The notes under the pieces: generated by a model
The model's input: only the letters and a program-made list of their open reading frames with translations
Databases searched by the model: none
What the model was told of the DNA's origin: nothing
Assembly (NCBI GenBank): GCA_958413985.1
Contig: CATYVZ010000008.1
Coordinates: 5,842-69,841 of the forward strand
DNA: 64,000 nucleotides
Reading direction: 5' to 3'
From: an uncultured Bacilli bacterium
GTDB lineage: Bacteria > Bacillota_I > Bacilli_A > RF39 > UBA660
Made by a program: the position numbers and the translations under genes
Part shown: positions 49,717 to 59,452 of the stretch, piece after piece
How the letters are laid out: each line of letters starts with the position of its first letter
How positions within the stretch are numbered: the stretch's first letter is position 1

Positions 49717-50292
49717 ATGTTAATTTTAAAAATAAAATCATATAATTTCTTAGGTGAAATTATGATAAAAAAAACTACTGCTATTAAGTTCTTAATCTTA
49801 TTAGGTTTGACAATCTTAGCTATTATAGTCTTAAAATTCAAACCACAATATAAAGAGAGTTTTTATGAACAAGTTTATCAAGATAACATATCGTTTGCTA
49901 AAATAAACAGTTGGTATAAATCAAAGTTTGGATCTAATTTACCGTTTAGTGATTATTTTGACGATACTGTACCTGTTTTTAAAGAATCGTTAAAATATAG
50001 TGAAGCAAATAAATATAAAAATGGTGTATCTTTAACCGTCGGTTATGACTATCTAGTTCCGGCTCTAGATTCTGGAATAGTAATTTTTGTTGGCGAGAAA
50101 GAAGGATATGGTAATACAGTTATCGTACAACAGGAAAACGGAATCGATATCTGGTATTCAAATTTAAAAGAAATCAACTTAAAACTTTACGATTATATCC
50201 AAGAAGGTACCTTGATAGGAGTAGTAGATTCCAATTTATATTTGGTTTTTATTAAAGACGGTGAGGTAATTGATTACCAAGAATATATTTAA
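49717..50292 (+). CDS. membrane-anchored M23/LytM-like (SpoIVFA-like) protein, probably non-catalytic
   Basis: N-terminal TM. C-terminal beta-rich LytM-like fold cues (GIVIFVGEKEGYGNTVIVQQENGIDIWYSNL) but no HxxxD/HxH metal ligands obvious. Sits in the spoIVFA position upstream of an M50 protease and rplU. Confidence 0.4.
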   Translation: MLILKIKSYNFLGEIMIKKTTAIKFLILLGLTILAIIVLKFKPQYKESFYEQVYQDNISFAKINSWYKSKFGSNLPFSDYFDDTVPVFKESLKYSEANKYKNGVSLTVGYDYLVPALDSGIVIFVGEKEGYGNTVIVQQENGIDIWYSNLKEINLKLYDYIQEGTLIGVVDSNLYLVFIKDGEVIDYQEYI

Positions 50293-50998
50293 GATTCATA
50301 TACTTTATTATGTTGTAGCATTCGTATCTTTTCTAACTGGTAATTTTAAAAATTTTATTATTTTTAGTTCTATTATAGTCGTTCATGAAACTGGTCATAT
50401 CATTGGTGCTTGTATTTTTAAATGGAAAATCGACAAAGTAATTTTACTTCCGTTTGGTGGGATTACAATCTTTAAAGAACTTATCGATAAACCATTAAAA
50501 CAAGAATTTATAATCACAATTTTAGGACCGCTATTTCAATTAGTATTTTACTTAATTTTTAAAGATAATAGCGTTTTTAATCATTACAACATAGCTATTT
50601 TACTGTTTAATTTGTTGCCAATTTATCCACTAGATGGCAGTAAAATATTAAATGTTTTTCTAAATAAATTTATTTCTTTTAAAAACAGTCATATACTAAC
50701 TATTGTAGTATCTAGTATAACGGTAACAATTTTACTGTTTAAAATCAGATACAATTTACTATTGTTATTAATTTTATTTTTTTTAATCGTTGAAATCATC
50801 AAAGAAATAGGTAAACATAAGTATTATTTCAACCGTTTTTTATTGGAAAGATATTTATATAATTATGACTATCGTAAAAGAAAAACCATCACCAAATTAA
50901 CTCAAATGAAAAAGCAGACGAAACATCTTTTTAAAATTGGAAATAATTATTTTCTAGAAAAGGAAATTATAAACAAATTGTTTGACAAAAAAGCATAA
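50270..50998 (+). CDS. M50 family site-2 protease (SpoIVFB-like)
   Basis: HETGH zinc motif inside TM helix. Second ligand region NLLPIYPLDGSKIL. Polytopic. 242 aa. Confidence 0.65.
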   Translation: MITKNIFKIHILYYVVAFVSFLTGNFKNFIIFSSIIVVHETGHIIGACIFKWKIDKVILLPFGGITIFKELIDKPLKQEFIITILGPLFQLVFYLIFKDNSVFNHYNIAILLFNLLPIYPLDGSKILNVFLNKFISFKNSHILTIVVSSITVTILLFKIRYNLLLLLILFFLIVEIIKEIGKHKYYFNRFLLERYLYNYDYRKRKTITKLTQMKKQTKHLFKIGNNYFLEKEIINKLFDKKA

Positions 50999-51017
50999 AT
51001 GTGTTAGAATTAGAAAC

Positions 51018-51100
51018 TGTGTAGAGACCTCTCTACAACCGCACTGAAAAGGTTTAAAAGTTCAATCACCTTAAAGGCGAGTCTTAGATCAAAGGAGGTA
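51018..51100 (+). promoter_or_regulatory. candidate rplU (L21) leader structure
   Basis: Hairpin GTAGAG-acct-CTCTAC plus downstream pairing segments between a promoter-like TTAGAAT and the RBS AGGAGG. In the position of the Firmicutes L21 leader. Confidence 0.3.
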
Positions 51101-51105
51101 TATAA

Positions 51106-51408
51106 ATGAAAGCAGTTATTGAAACTGGTGGTAAGCAATATTACGTTGAAGAAGGAACAGTTATCTACGTTGAAAAATTGGATGCTGAAGTAGGACAAAA
51201 GATTAATTTTGATCGTGTTTTAATGGTCAATGGTAATCCAGGACGTCCATATTTATCTAATGTCGAAGTTGTCGGTGAAGTTTTAAAACAGGGAAAAGAT
51301 AAAAAGATAAAAATCTTCAAGTATAATGCTAAGAAAAAATATCGTAAAACTCAAGGCCATCGTCAACCATACACTAAAATAGAAATAAAGAAAATAGTTG
51401 AAAAATAA
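51106..51408 (+). CDS. rplU: 50S ribosomal protein L21
   Basis: [17 protein letters not shown] is the canonical L21 N-terminus. 100 aa. Confidence 0.9.
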   Translation: MKAVIETGGKQYYVEEGTVIYVEKLDAEVGQKINFDRVLMVNGNPGRPYLSNVEVVGEVLKQGKDKKIKIFKYNAKKKYRKTQGHRQPYTKIEIKKIVEK

Positions 51409-51707
51409 TGGTAAAAGTTAGTTTGAAAGGGACCCCAATTAAAGAAGTTTTAATTACGGGGCATGCTTTATACGATATATCTGGTAAAGATATTGTCTGT
51501 GCCGCTTTATCTTCGATCGTTATAACTAGCATTAATGCTATTATTCGAATCGATAATGAAGCGATCAATTACGAAGATAAAAACGGTATTAAAATCGAAG
51601 TTTTGAAACATGATAATATTATCGATAGTTTAATTGATAACTTAATCGATTTATTAACTCAGTTGGAAGAAAAATATCCTAAATATATAGAAATAAGGAG
51701 GTGTTAA
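51408..51707 (+). CDS. prp: ribosomal-processing cysteine protease Prp (YsxB)
   Basis: GHA...[11 protein letters not shown] catalytic Cys/His pattern. Lies between rplU and rpmA. Confidence 0.8.
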   Translation: MVKVSLKGTPIKEVLITGHALYDISGKDIVCAALSSIVITSINAIIRIDNEAINYEDKNGIKIEVLKHDNIIDSLIDNLIDLLTQLEEKYPKYIEIRRC

Positions 51708-52000
51708 TTGTGTTAAAATTGATGCAATTAAATATACAATTATTTGCTCACAAAAAAGGACAAGGTTCAACAAAAAATGGCCGTGATTCTATTGCTAAAA
51801 GATTAGGTGCTAAAGCAGCTGATGGTGAGTTTGTAACAGGCGGTTCAATTTTGTATCGTCAAAGAGGTACTAAAGTATATCCAGGAACTAATGTTGGTAT
51901 TGGTTCTGATGATACTGTATATGCTAAAATTGATGGCTATGTAAAATTTGAAAGAGTTGGAAAAGATAGAAAACAAGTAAGTGTTTATACTGCTAAATAA
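51701..52000 (+). CDS. rpmA: 50S ribosomal protein L27 with N-terminal propeptide
   Basis: [21 protein letters not shown]. The propeptide ends at the LF/AHKKG Prp cleavage site. The more likely start is the GTG at 51710 (MLKLMQ...), 9 nt after AGGAGG. Confidence 0.85.
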   Translation: MLIVLKLMQLNIQLFAHKKGQGSTKNGRDSIAKRLGAKAADGEFVTGGSILYRQRGTKVYPGTNVGIGSDDTVYAKIDGYVKFERVGKDRKQVSVYTAK

Positions 52001-52099
52001 TCTATCTTTTTTTGTTTTTGGTGTGTTATCTGCAAACATTTTATTAAAAGTATTTATTTTTTTAAAAAATGTGATATAATTAAGGTAGAGGTAGATGAT

Positions 52100-52483
52100 A
52101 TGGGAGACAAAATACTATTGGTAGTTGATGATTCAGCTGTAATTACAAATTTTGTAGATCGAGTATTTAAAGAGAATTATTTAGTTTTAAAAGCAAAAGA
52201 TGGAATCGAAGCCATCGAATTAATTAGAAACAACTTCAGTAAAGATTTTATAGGAATGTTTCTTGACTTAAACATGCCTAATTTTAACGGCTTTCAAGTC
52301 CTAGAAATTTTTAAGAAAAATAATTTATTCCAGAAAATACCAGTTTGTATTTTAACCGGCGATGATACCAAAGATTCTATTGACAAAGTATTTAATTATC
52401 CAATAGTTGATGTTTTAAATAAACCATTTAATGAAAATGACCTAAAGAAAAGTTTAGAAAAAATTAAAATAAGGAAAAATTAA
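52100..52483 (+). CDS. single-domain response regulator receiver (CheY/Spo0F-like)
   Basis: LLVVDDS acidic pocket, phospho-acceptor Asp in MFLDLNMP, conserved T and K positions. 127 aa with no output domain. Confidence 0.7.
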   Translation: MGDKILLVVDDSAVITNFVDRVFKENYLVLKAKDGIEAIELIRNNFSKDFIGMFLDLNMPNFNGFQVLEIFKKNNLFQKIPVCILTGDDTKDSIDKVFNYPIVDVLNKPFNENDLKKSLEKIKIRKN

Positions 52484-52667
52484 AGTGTAGGCTTTAATTT
52501 TTTTAATATAAAACTTTAATCGTTATATGAAACACGAAAAGTTTACAATCTAAAATTGGTAAAACTTTAAAAAGTCAATTATCTTTAAGAATAGAATGGC
52601 AAAATTTATTTAGACTTTTGTTAATTGTAATTGGTTTTTAATTAATTTTAAGGTATAATAATTAAAG

Positions 52668-53945
52668 GTGATTTTTATGTTTATCGATGAGGTACAAATC
52701 GAATTAATAGCTGGAGCTGGTGGCGATGGCTGTATGGCATTTAGAAAAGAGAAATTTGTTCAGATGGGAGGACCATATGGTGGCAATGGCGGTAAGGGTT
52801 CAGATATAATTTTTAAAGCAGATGAAGGCCTTAATACTTTAATCGATCTAAGATATCAAAAACAGATTAAAGGAAAAAAAGGCGAAAATGGTTTAGGCAA
52901 AGGAATGAATGGTGCAAAAGCTTTAGATATCGTTGTAAAAGTACCATTAGGAACTATTATTACTGATCTAGATACTGGCTTGATTATTGCCGATTTAACT
53001 AAAAATGATGAGGAAGTTATCGTGGCTAGTGGTGGTCGTGGTGGTCGTGGTAATATTGCGTTTGCTACTAAATCTAATCCTGCTCCTCATTTTGCTGAGA
53101 ATGGTGAACCTGGTGAAATTAGAAATGTTAAAATCGAATTAAAACTTTTAGCTGATGTTGGTTTGGTTGGTATGCCAAGTGTTGGCAAATCGACGATCAT
53201 TTCTCAAATATCTTCTGCCAAACCGAAGATAGCTGCTTATCATTTCACCACCTTAAAACCTAATTTAGGGGTTGTCAAAGTGGATAATACATCTTTTGTC
53301 GTCGCTGATTTACCAGGATTAATAAAGGGAGCTTCAAATGGCGATGGCTTAGGTGACCAATTTTTAAAACATATTGAAAGAACAAGAGTTATTGCTCATG
53401 TGATCGATATGGGGGCCACTGAAGGAAGAGATCCTTATGAAGATTATATGATTATCAATAATGAATTAAAAGAATTTAATCCTAAGATATTAGACAAGCC
53501 ACAAATTATTATCGCTAATAAAATGGATATGCCTAATGCCTTAACTAATTTAGAAGCGTTTAGAAAAAAGGTCAATGTTGAAATTTATCAAGTTGAAGCA
53601 ATCAATGGTAACGGTTTAAAACAAGTAGTCTTAGCTTTAGCTAAAATGTTAGAAAAAATAAAAAAAGAACCTTTATATAATGAAGAAAAGTTTGAAAGTC
53701 ATGTTTTGTATAAATTTAAAGAAGAACAACCATTTACTATCATTAAGACCGATAATGTTTGGTTGGTCAAAGGCGAAAAGGTTGAAAAATTGTTAAAAAT
53801 GACAAAATTTAATACTGATGAAGCCGCTAACAGATTTGCTAACAAGCTAAGAAAATATGGTGTCGATGACAAGTTAAGACAATTAGGAGCTAAAGATGGC
53901 GATACTGTTAGAATTCTAGATTTTGAATTTGAATATAAGGAATAA
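52668..53945 (+). CDS. obg: GTPase Obg/CgtA
   Basis: Gly-rich Obg fold (GGDGC..GGNGGKG..GGRGGRGN). G domain GMPSVGKST, DLPGLI, NKMD. C-terminal TGS-like domain. Probable start at 52677 (MFIDE). Confidence 0.9.
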   Translation: MIFMFIDEVQIELIAGAGGDGCMAFRKEKFVQMGGPYGGNGGKGSDIIFKADEGLNTLIDLRYQKQIKGKKGENGLGKGMNGAKALDIVVKVPLGTIITDLDTGLIIADLTKNDEEVIVASGGRGGRGNIAFATKSNPAPHFAENGEPGEIRNVKIELKLLADVGLVGMPSVGKSTIISQISSAKPKIAAYHFTTLKPNLGVVKVDNTSFVVADLPGLIKGASNGDGLGDQFLKHIERTRVIAHVIDMGATEGRDPYEDYMIINNELKEFNPKILDKPQIIIANKMDMPNALTNLEAFRKKVNVEIYQVEAINGNGLKQVVLALAKMLEKIKKEPLYNEEKFESHVLYKFKEEQPFTIIKTDNVWLVKGEKVEKLLKMTKFNTDEAANRFANKLRKYGVDDKLRQLGAKDGDTVRILDFEFEYKE

Positions 53946-54010
53946 CATATTTAAATAATTTAAGTAAAAATATGGACTTTTTATGTTAGAGTGGTGTAAA
54001 ATAATAATAG

Positions 54011-55330
54011 GTGATGGTAATGAAGTACTTTCTTGTAGGAATAAAAGGAACAGGGATGAGCGCTTTAGCGCAGATACTTAATGATTTAGGTTATGAAGTA
54101 GAAGGTAGTGATAAACCAGATCATTTTTTTACAGAACAAGCATTATTAGATAAAGGCATAAAAATATATAATTTTGATCCTGATAATATTAAAGAAGGCA
54201 TGATTATAGTTCAAGGAAATGCTTTTAAAGATACCCATGAAGAAATAGTTAAAGCTAAAGAAATGAATTTAAAAATCTATTCATATCAAGATATGGTAGG
54301 AAAACTTACTAAAATGTTTAAAACAATTACGGTAGCTGGCTGTCATGGCAAAACGACTACATCAGCGATGTTAAGTCATGTTTTAAAAAATATTACCGGT
54401 TGTAATTATCTAATCGGTGATGGTACGGGGGAAGCTAATAAAGAAAACGAATATTTTGTTTTGGAAGCCTGCGAGTATAAACGCCACTTCTTAGCTTATA
54501 CACCTTATTATGCAATCATTACTAATATTGAATTAGATCATATTGACTATTATAAAGATATCGATGATATTATTTCAGCTTATCAAGAATATGCAAAATT
54601 AGCGGAAAAGATGGTTATTGCATGTGGGGATGACCCTTATACCCATACTTTAGAAACTAACGTTCCAATTTTCTTTTATGGTTTAAATGACGATAATGAT
54701 ATTATTGCCAAAGATGTTGAATTTTCAAATGAAGGAACTAGCTTCGATGTGTTTATAGAAGATAACTATTATGGTCACTTCGATTTGCCACTTTACGGTA
54801 AACATATGTTACTTAATGCTTTAGCGGTTATTGGCGTTTGTTATTATGAAAGATTAGAAGCAAAAGATGTTGCTAAATATCTGAAAACTTTTCAAGGAGC
54901 TAAAAGAAGATTTAAAGAAAAAGTAATTGGTGATATTGTAACTATCGATGATTATGCCCACCATCCAACTGAAGTTAAAGTGACAATTAAAGGGGCAAGA
55001 CAAAAATATCCTGATAAAGAAATTGTGGCGATTTTAAAAACTCATACTTTATCGCGAACCAAAGAAATGGCACAAGAATTTGCTGATGCTTTAAATCTAG
55101 CTGATAAAGCATATGTTATGGATGTTGGTGTCGATCGGGAAGAAATCGGTTATGATGATGTAACATGTCAAGTGATAATCGATAAATTAAATAATGGTGA
55201 GTATATTAATTTAGATATGGTCGACAAATTATTAAAACACAAAAATGCCGTCATGATATTTATGAGTAGTAAAGATATATATGTTTTACAAGATAAATAT
55301 GAAAAATTATTAGAAAAAAAGGTAATTTAA
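54011..55330 (+). CDS. murC: UDP-N-acetylmuramate--L-alanine ligase
   Basis: N-terminal GIKGTGMSALAQ Rossmann motif. ATP site TVAGCHGKTTT. DDYAHHP. 439 aa. Implies a peptidoglycan-bearing organism. Confidence 0.85.
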   Translation: MMVMKYFLVGIKGTGMSALAQILNDLGYEVEGSDKPDHFFTEQALLDKGIKIYNFDPDNIKEGMIIVQGNAFKDTHEEIVKAKEMNLKIYSYQDMVGKLTKMFKTITVAGCHGKTTTSAMLSHVLKNITGCNYLIGDGTGEANKENEYFVLEACEYKRHFLAYTPYYAIITNIELDHIDYYKDIDDIISAYQEYAKLAEKMVIACGDDPYTHTLETNVPIFFYGLNDDNDIIAKDVEFSNEGTSFDVFIEDNYYGHFDLPLYGKHMLLNALAVIGVCYYERLEAKDVAKYLKTFQGAKRRFKEKVIGDIVTIDDYAHHPTEVKVTIKGARQKYPDKEIVAILKTHTLSRTKEMAQEFADALNLADKAYVMDVGVDREEIGYDDVTCQVIIDKLNNGEYINLDMVDKLLKHKNAVMIFMSSKDIYVLQDKYEKLLEKKVI

Positions 55331-55382
55331 ATACCTTTTTCTTTTTTAAAATTTCAGCAGCACCACTTTATTTGTAATTAAA

Positions 55383-55931
55383 TTACCTTTGTGTATTATA
55401 CATGCTATTTTGTTGAACTATCGATCTATAAAATTCATCGACTTTTGCTATTAACTCAATAGAACGAGGATCATTTTGATAATCGGTATCAATGTTATTT
55501 TTAGTATATTTTTGTTGAGCATAGCGAGAATTCACAAACGAATTAGCTAATGAATTAAAAAGATGCGTATACTTTTCTAAAATATATTTTACTGATACTA
55601 AATCATAATCGTTTAACAATGAATACATGATGTATTCAAATTCTTCAAGCGTTAAATCGGGTTGTTCGATACTTTTGCCAGAAGAAAGGATCTGTCTTAC
55701 TCCATTCATTGTTTTAGTAGCTTTAAGTTTTATAATGTTTTTTAATAATTCTGCTTCTGTGATGTCTTTACCAACATTAGCAATGGTAACGCGACCATTA
55801 TTATCTTTCGTAAAATAATTAGCTTGACCAGTTTTAGCAAAGATTGCAAGTGCAGCTTTAGTTTGATCTAATCCATACTTATTAGTTGTACATAAACAAG
55901 CATAATCGATAGCATTTAAATTGTTATTCAT
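55383..55931 (-). CDS. hypothetical protein (182 aa)
   Basis: Intact ORF co-directional with rnhC. No motif recognised. Confidence 0.35.
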   Translation of the reverse strand: MNNNLNAIDYACLCTTNKYGLDQTKAALAIFAKTGQANYFTKDNNGRVTIANVGKDITEAELLKNIIKLKATKTMNGVRQILSSGKSIEQPDLTLEEFEYIMYSLLNDYDLVSVKYILEKYTHLFNSLANSFVNSRYAQQKYTKNNIDTDYQNDPRSIELIAKVDEFYRSIVQQNSMYNTQR

Positions 55932-56911
55932 ATCTTATCATCTCCTAATTTTTCTTTAATTCTAATCGTATTTTTAAAATTTAATTTAGCGATTTCTCTT
56001 AATTTATCAAAGCCATATTTATTGGCAATTTTGATACCTAATTCATCTACTTTATCACTAGCGCCTTTAATTAAAAACACATCTAATTTTTCGCCTAATT
56101 TGTTAAATTCCTTTAAAAATACAAAGCGACTAATCAATGATGCACAAGCAACAGATAAGCATTTATCCTCAGCTTTTGTTAGAAAGGTAATATTTTTAAC
56201 ACAGTTAGTTTCCTTTAGATAGTTATAATAGACATAAGGTTTAGCAAACTGATCGACAACTATGTATTCTGCCTGATATCTAGTTAAAATTTTATTTAAT
56301 ACTTTATTATGTAAAATAGCTTTAACTTTATTCATGTTCATGTCTACACTATAATTGTCGTTGTATTCTTTATTGTTTAAAATGATACATTCATATGGTA
56401 TTTTTTCAATTATTTTGGGAACTATTTCCAAAATTTTTTCATCGGTTAGTTTTTTGGAATCCTTAACACCTAATTGTTCTAAAAAGGCAATATTTTCTTT
56501 AGTTACATAAGTAGCTGCAACAACGATTGGTCCAAAATAATCACCGGTTCCTACCTCATCAGAACCAATGGTGTTAGCATAGTAAATTTTAGGATCTATT
56601 TGTTCTTTAATCTTTTCCTTTTTTTCACCGCTGTTAGTCATTTCGATTTTTTTAGTGGGATTTAAATGCCTTTCCATTTCTTTCCACATATTAGCATCGA
56701 TATCAGCGCTTCTTCCTTGAAAAACCGCTTTTCCTGAGTTATATAGTGTTACCACAGTATCAGCTTCATCAGCTTGGAATATCGCATAATCGGGTGTTTT
56801 AGGTCTTTTTTTATCCTCAAAATACTCGATCATTTTCTCTTTTGTGTTTTCACTAACTTTTAAAGTAATCGTCATGGCATCACCTACTAGTATTTTAGCA
56901 CATTTAACCAT
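55928..56911 (-). CDS. rnhC: ribonuclease HIII
   Basis: N-terminal TBP-like domain plus catalytic GSDEVGTGDYFGP motif typical of RNase HIII. Confidence 0.8.
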   Translation of the reverse strand: MVKCAKILVGDAMTITLKVSENTKEKMIEYFEDKKRPKTPDYAIFQADEADTVVTLYNSGKAVFQGRSADIDANMWKEMERHLNPTKKIEMTNSGEKKEKIKEQIDPKIYYANTIGSDEVGTGDYFGPIVVAATYVTKENIAFLEQLGVKDSKKLTDEKILEIVPKIIEKIPYECIILNNKEYNDNYSVDMNMNKVKAILHNKVLNKILTRYQAEYIVVDQFAKPYVYYNYLKETNCVKNITFLTKAEDKCLSVACASLISRFVFLKEFNKLGEKLDVFLIKGASDKVDELGIKIANKYGFDKLREIAKLNFKNTIRIKEKLGDDKI

Positions 56912-57004
56912 ATATTGTAAATAAATAATAAGGAAAAAAGCTTTGTTAAATATGATTAACTTGAAAAATGAAGATTTTTAAGATATAATGATAAAGGTGA
57001 TATT

Positions 57005-58906
57005 ATGGCATACAATGAGAGTTCGATCAAGATATTAGAGGGATTAGAAGCAGTAAGAAAACGTCCCGGTATGTATATTGGTTCGACTGATAAAAGAGGA
57101 CTACATCACTTAATATGGGAAATTGTCGACAATAGTATCGACGAAGTATTAAATGGTTTTGGCAAAAAAATTAAAATAATCTTACATGCCGATCATTCTG
57201 TCAGCATCGAAGATGAAGGTAGAGGTGTACCAGTTGGTATCCATGCATCAGGTATGAGTACACCAGAGGTAATCTATACAGTCTTGCATGCTGGAGGAAA
57301 ATTTGAAAACTCAGGCTATAAAGTTTCTGGTGGACTACATGGCGTTGGAGCATCAGTTGTCAATGCCTTAAGCGAGTGGATGGAAGTTACGATCAAAAGG
57401 GATGGGTATGTAAATTATATTAGATTCGAAGATGGCGGTAAGGTAAAGATCCCATTAAAAAGAATCGATAAAACTAATAAGACAGGGACTAAAGTACGTT
57501 TTATGCCCGATTCCAAGATATTTAATTCGATTAATTTTTCTTTTACGACAGTCTGTGAAAGAATGCAAGAATCAGCCTTTTTATTAAAAGGACTAACTGT
57601 TGAAGTAATCGATGAAGAAGATAATAAACAAGAAGTATTTTGCTACGAGAATGGTTTAAAATCATTTGTCGAATATTTGAATGAAGGTAAAAGTGAACTT
57701 CATAAAGTTGTACAATTTCAAGGTTCTAAAGAAGGAATCAACATCGAAGTAGCTTTTCAATATACGGATACTTATGCAGAAAATATTATTAGTTTTGCTA
57801 ATAACGTTAAAACTACCGATGGAGGAACTCATGAAGTTGGTTTTAAAACAGCTTTAACTAGAGTATTCAATGATTATGCTAAAGAAAATGGTTATTTAAA
57901 AGCCAAAGATAAAAATTTAGAAGGTTCAGATACTAGGGAAGGCTTAACTGCGATAATTAGTGTTCAAATTCCTGAAGCGCTATTACAGTTTGAGGGACAG
58001 ACCAAGTCTAAATTAGGAACACCAGTAGCTAGAACTTTTGTCGAAGCGGTTATCAGCGAAAAATTACAGTTCTTTTTAGAAGAAAACAAAGAAATTGCCA
58101 CTAACATATTAAATAAAATGGTCAAAAGCAAAATGGTTAGAGAAGCAGCTAGGAAGGCAAGAGACGAAGCTAGAAATGGTAAAGGAAAGAACAAAAAAGA
58201 GCAAGCTTTATCTGGAAAATTAACGCCTGCTCAAGTGAAAAATCCTAACAAAAACGAGTTATTTTTAGTCGAGGGTGAATCAGCTGGTGGATCAGCTAAA
58301 CAAGGACGAGATCGTAAATTTCAAGCTATTTTACCGCTACGAGGAAAAGTTTTAAACTGTGAAAAAACGAGATTAGAAGAAATTCTTAAAAACGAAGAAA
58401 TCAATACGATTATTCATACAGTTGGTGCAGGAGTAGGTAGTGATTTTGATATTAAAGATTGTAATTACGATAAAATTATCATCATGACCGATGCGGATGA
58501 TGATGGAGCTCACATCCAAGTTTTATTACTAACGTTTTTTTATCGATATATGAAACCTTTAATAGAAAATGGTAAATTATATATTGCAATGCCTCCTTTA
58601 TATAAATTGTTTAATGGTAAGACAACTTATTATGCATGGACTGATGAACAACGTAAAGAAATATTAGAAAAAAGTAAAATAAAATTAGAAACGCAACGAT
58701 ACAAAGGATTAGGAGAAATGAATGCGGAACAACTTTGGATAACGACGATGAATCCAGAAACGAGAAGTCTAGTTAAAGTCAACATAACAGATGTTGCTTT
58801 AGCTGAAAAAAGAGTAAACATATTAATGGGAGATAAAGTCGAGCCACGAAAAGAATGGATCGAAGAAAATGTTGATTTTTCTTTACAGGATGATTATCGC
58901 AAATGA
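57005..58906 (+). CDS. parE: type IIA topoisomerase ATPase subunit, most likely topoisomerase IV subunit B (ParE)
   Basis: ILEGLEAVRKRPGMYIGST, GHKL ATPase, Toprim EGESAGGSAKQGRDR, PLRGKVLN. Called ParE because the downstream A subunit is ParC-like. Confidence 0.7.
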   Translation: MAYNESSIKILEGLEAVRKRPGMYIGSTDKRGLHHLIWEIVDNSIDEVLNGFGKKIKIILHADHSVSIEDEGRGVPVGIHASGMSTPEVIYTVLHAGGKFENSGYKVSGGLHGVGASVVNALSEWMEVTIKRDGYVNYIRFEDGGKVKIPLKRIDKTNKTGTKVRFMPDSKIFNSINFSFTTVCERMQESAFLLKGLTVEVIDEEDNKQEVFCYENGLKSFVEYLNEGKSELHKVVQFQGSKEGINIEVAFQYTDTYAENIISFANNVKTTDGGTHEVGFKTALTRVFNDYAKENGYLKAKDKNLEGSDTREGLTAIISVQIPEALLQFEGQTKSKLGTPVARTFVEAVISEKLQFFLEENKEIATNILNKMVKSKMVREAARKARDEARNGKGKNKKEQALSGKLTPAQVKNPNKNELFLVEGESAGGSAKQGRDRKFQAILPLRGKVLNCEKTRLEEILKNEEINTIIHTVGAGVGSDFDIKDCNYDKIIIMTDADDDGAHIQVLLLTFFYRYMKPLIENGKLYIAMPPLYKLFNGKTTYYAWTDEQRKEILEKSKIKLETQRYKGLGEMNAEQLWITTMNPETRSLVKVNITDVALAEKRVNILMGDKVEPRKEWIEENVDFSLQDDYRK

Positions 58907-59448
58907 ATTATTTAACTTTAAAAAGGATATTAGATATAGTTTTATCACTAATATTTATTATTTTAACGTTACCATTAATGTTAATTGTTTTACTCATAAC
59001 GTTATTTAATCTTGGCTTTCCTTTAATCGATATCAGGATACCAAGAGAAGGCAAAAATAAAAAACCATTTTATATGTATAAAATAAGAACTAGAATATAC
59101 GACGAAGACGGTAACAGTCATTATAATAAATTAAGTAAATTTATCGATAATACTGGTTTAAATGAGTTACCGCAACTTTTTAATATTTTAAAAGGCGATA
59201 TGTCTTTAATTGGACCTAGAGCTTTTATTTGTGGTGAGAAGTTACCAGAGGGTGAAATAAGTCCTAAAAGATATATGGTAAAACCAGGATTAATTAGTTT
59301 GTCACAAGTCTATGATGGAAGGAAACTAAGCTATTCAGCCACTTTAAAATGTGATATTGATTATTATGATAATTTAAGTTTAGCCTTAGACATCGAAATA
59401 TTTTTCAAATCGCTGAAAACTATTTTTAAAAGGATATTAGGTAGGTGA
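58903..59448 (+). CDS. bacterial sugar transferase (undecaprenyl-phosphate sugar phosphotransferase C-terminal domain family)
   Basis: One N-terminal TM. Conserved LNELPQLFNILKGDMSLIGPRA motif of the WbaP/EpsL-type family. ATG overlaps the parE stop (ATGA). Confidence 0.65.
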   Translation: MNYLTLKRILDIVLSLIFIILTLPLMLIVLLITLFNLGFPLIDIRIPREGKNKKPFYMYKIRTRIYDEDGNSHYNKLSKFIDNTGLNELPQLFNILKGDMSLIGPRAFICGEKLPEGEISPKRYMVKPGLISLSQVYDGRKLSYSATLKCDIDYYDNLSLALDIEIFFKSLKTIFKRILGR

Positions 59449-59452
59449 AGTT

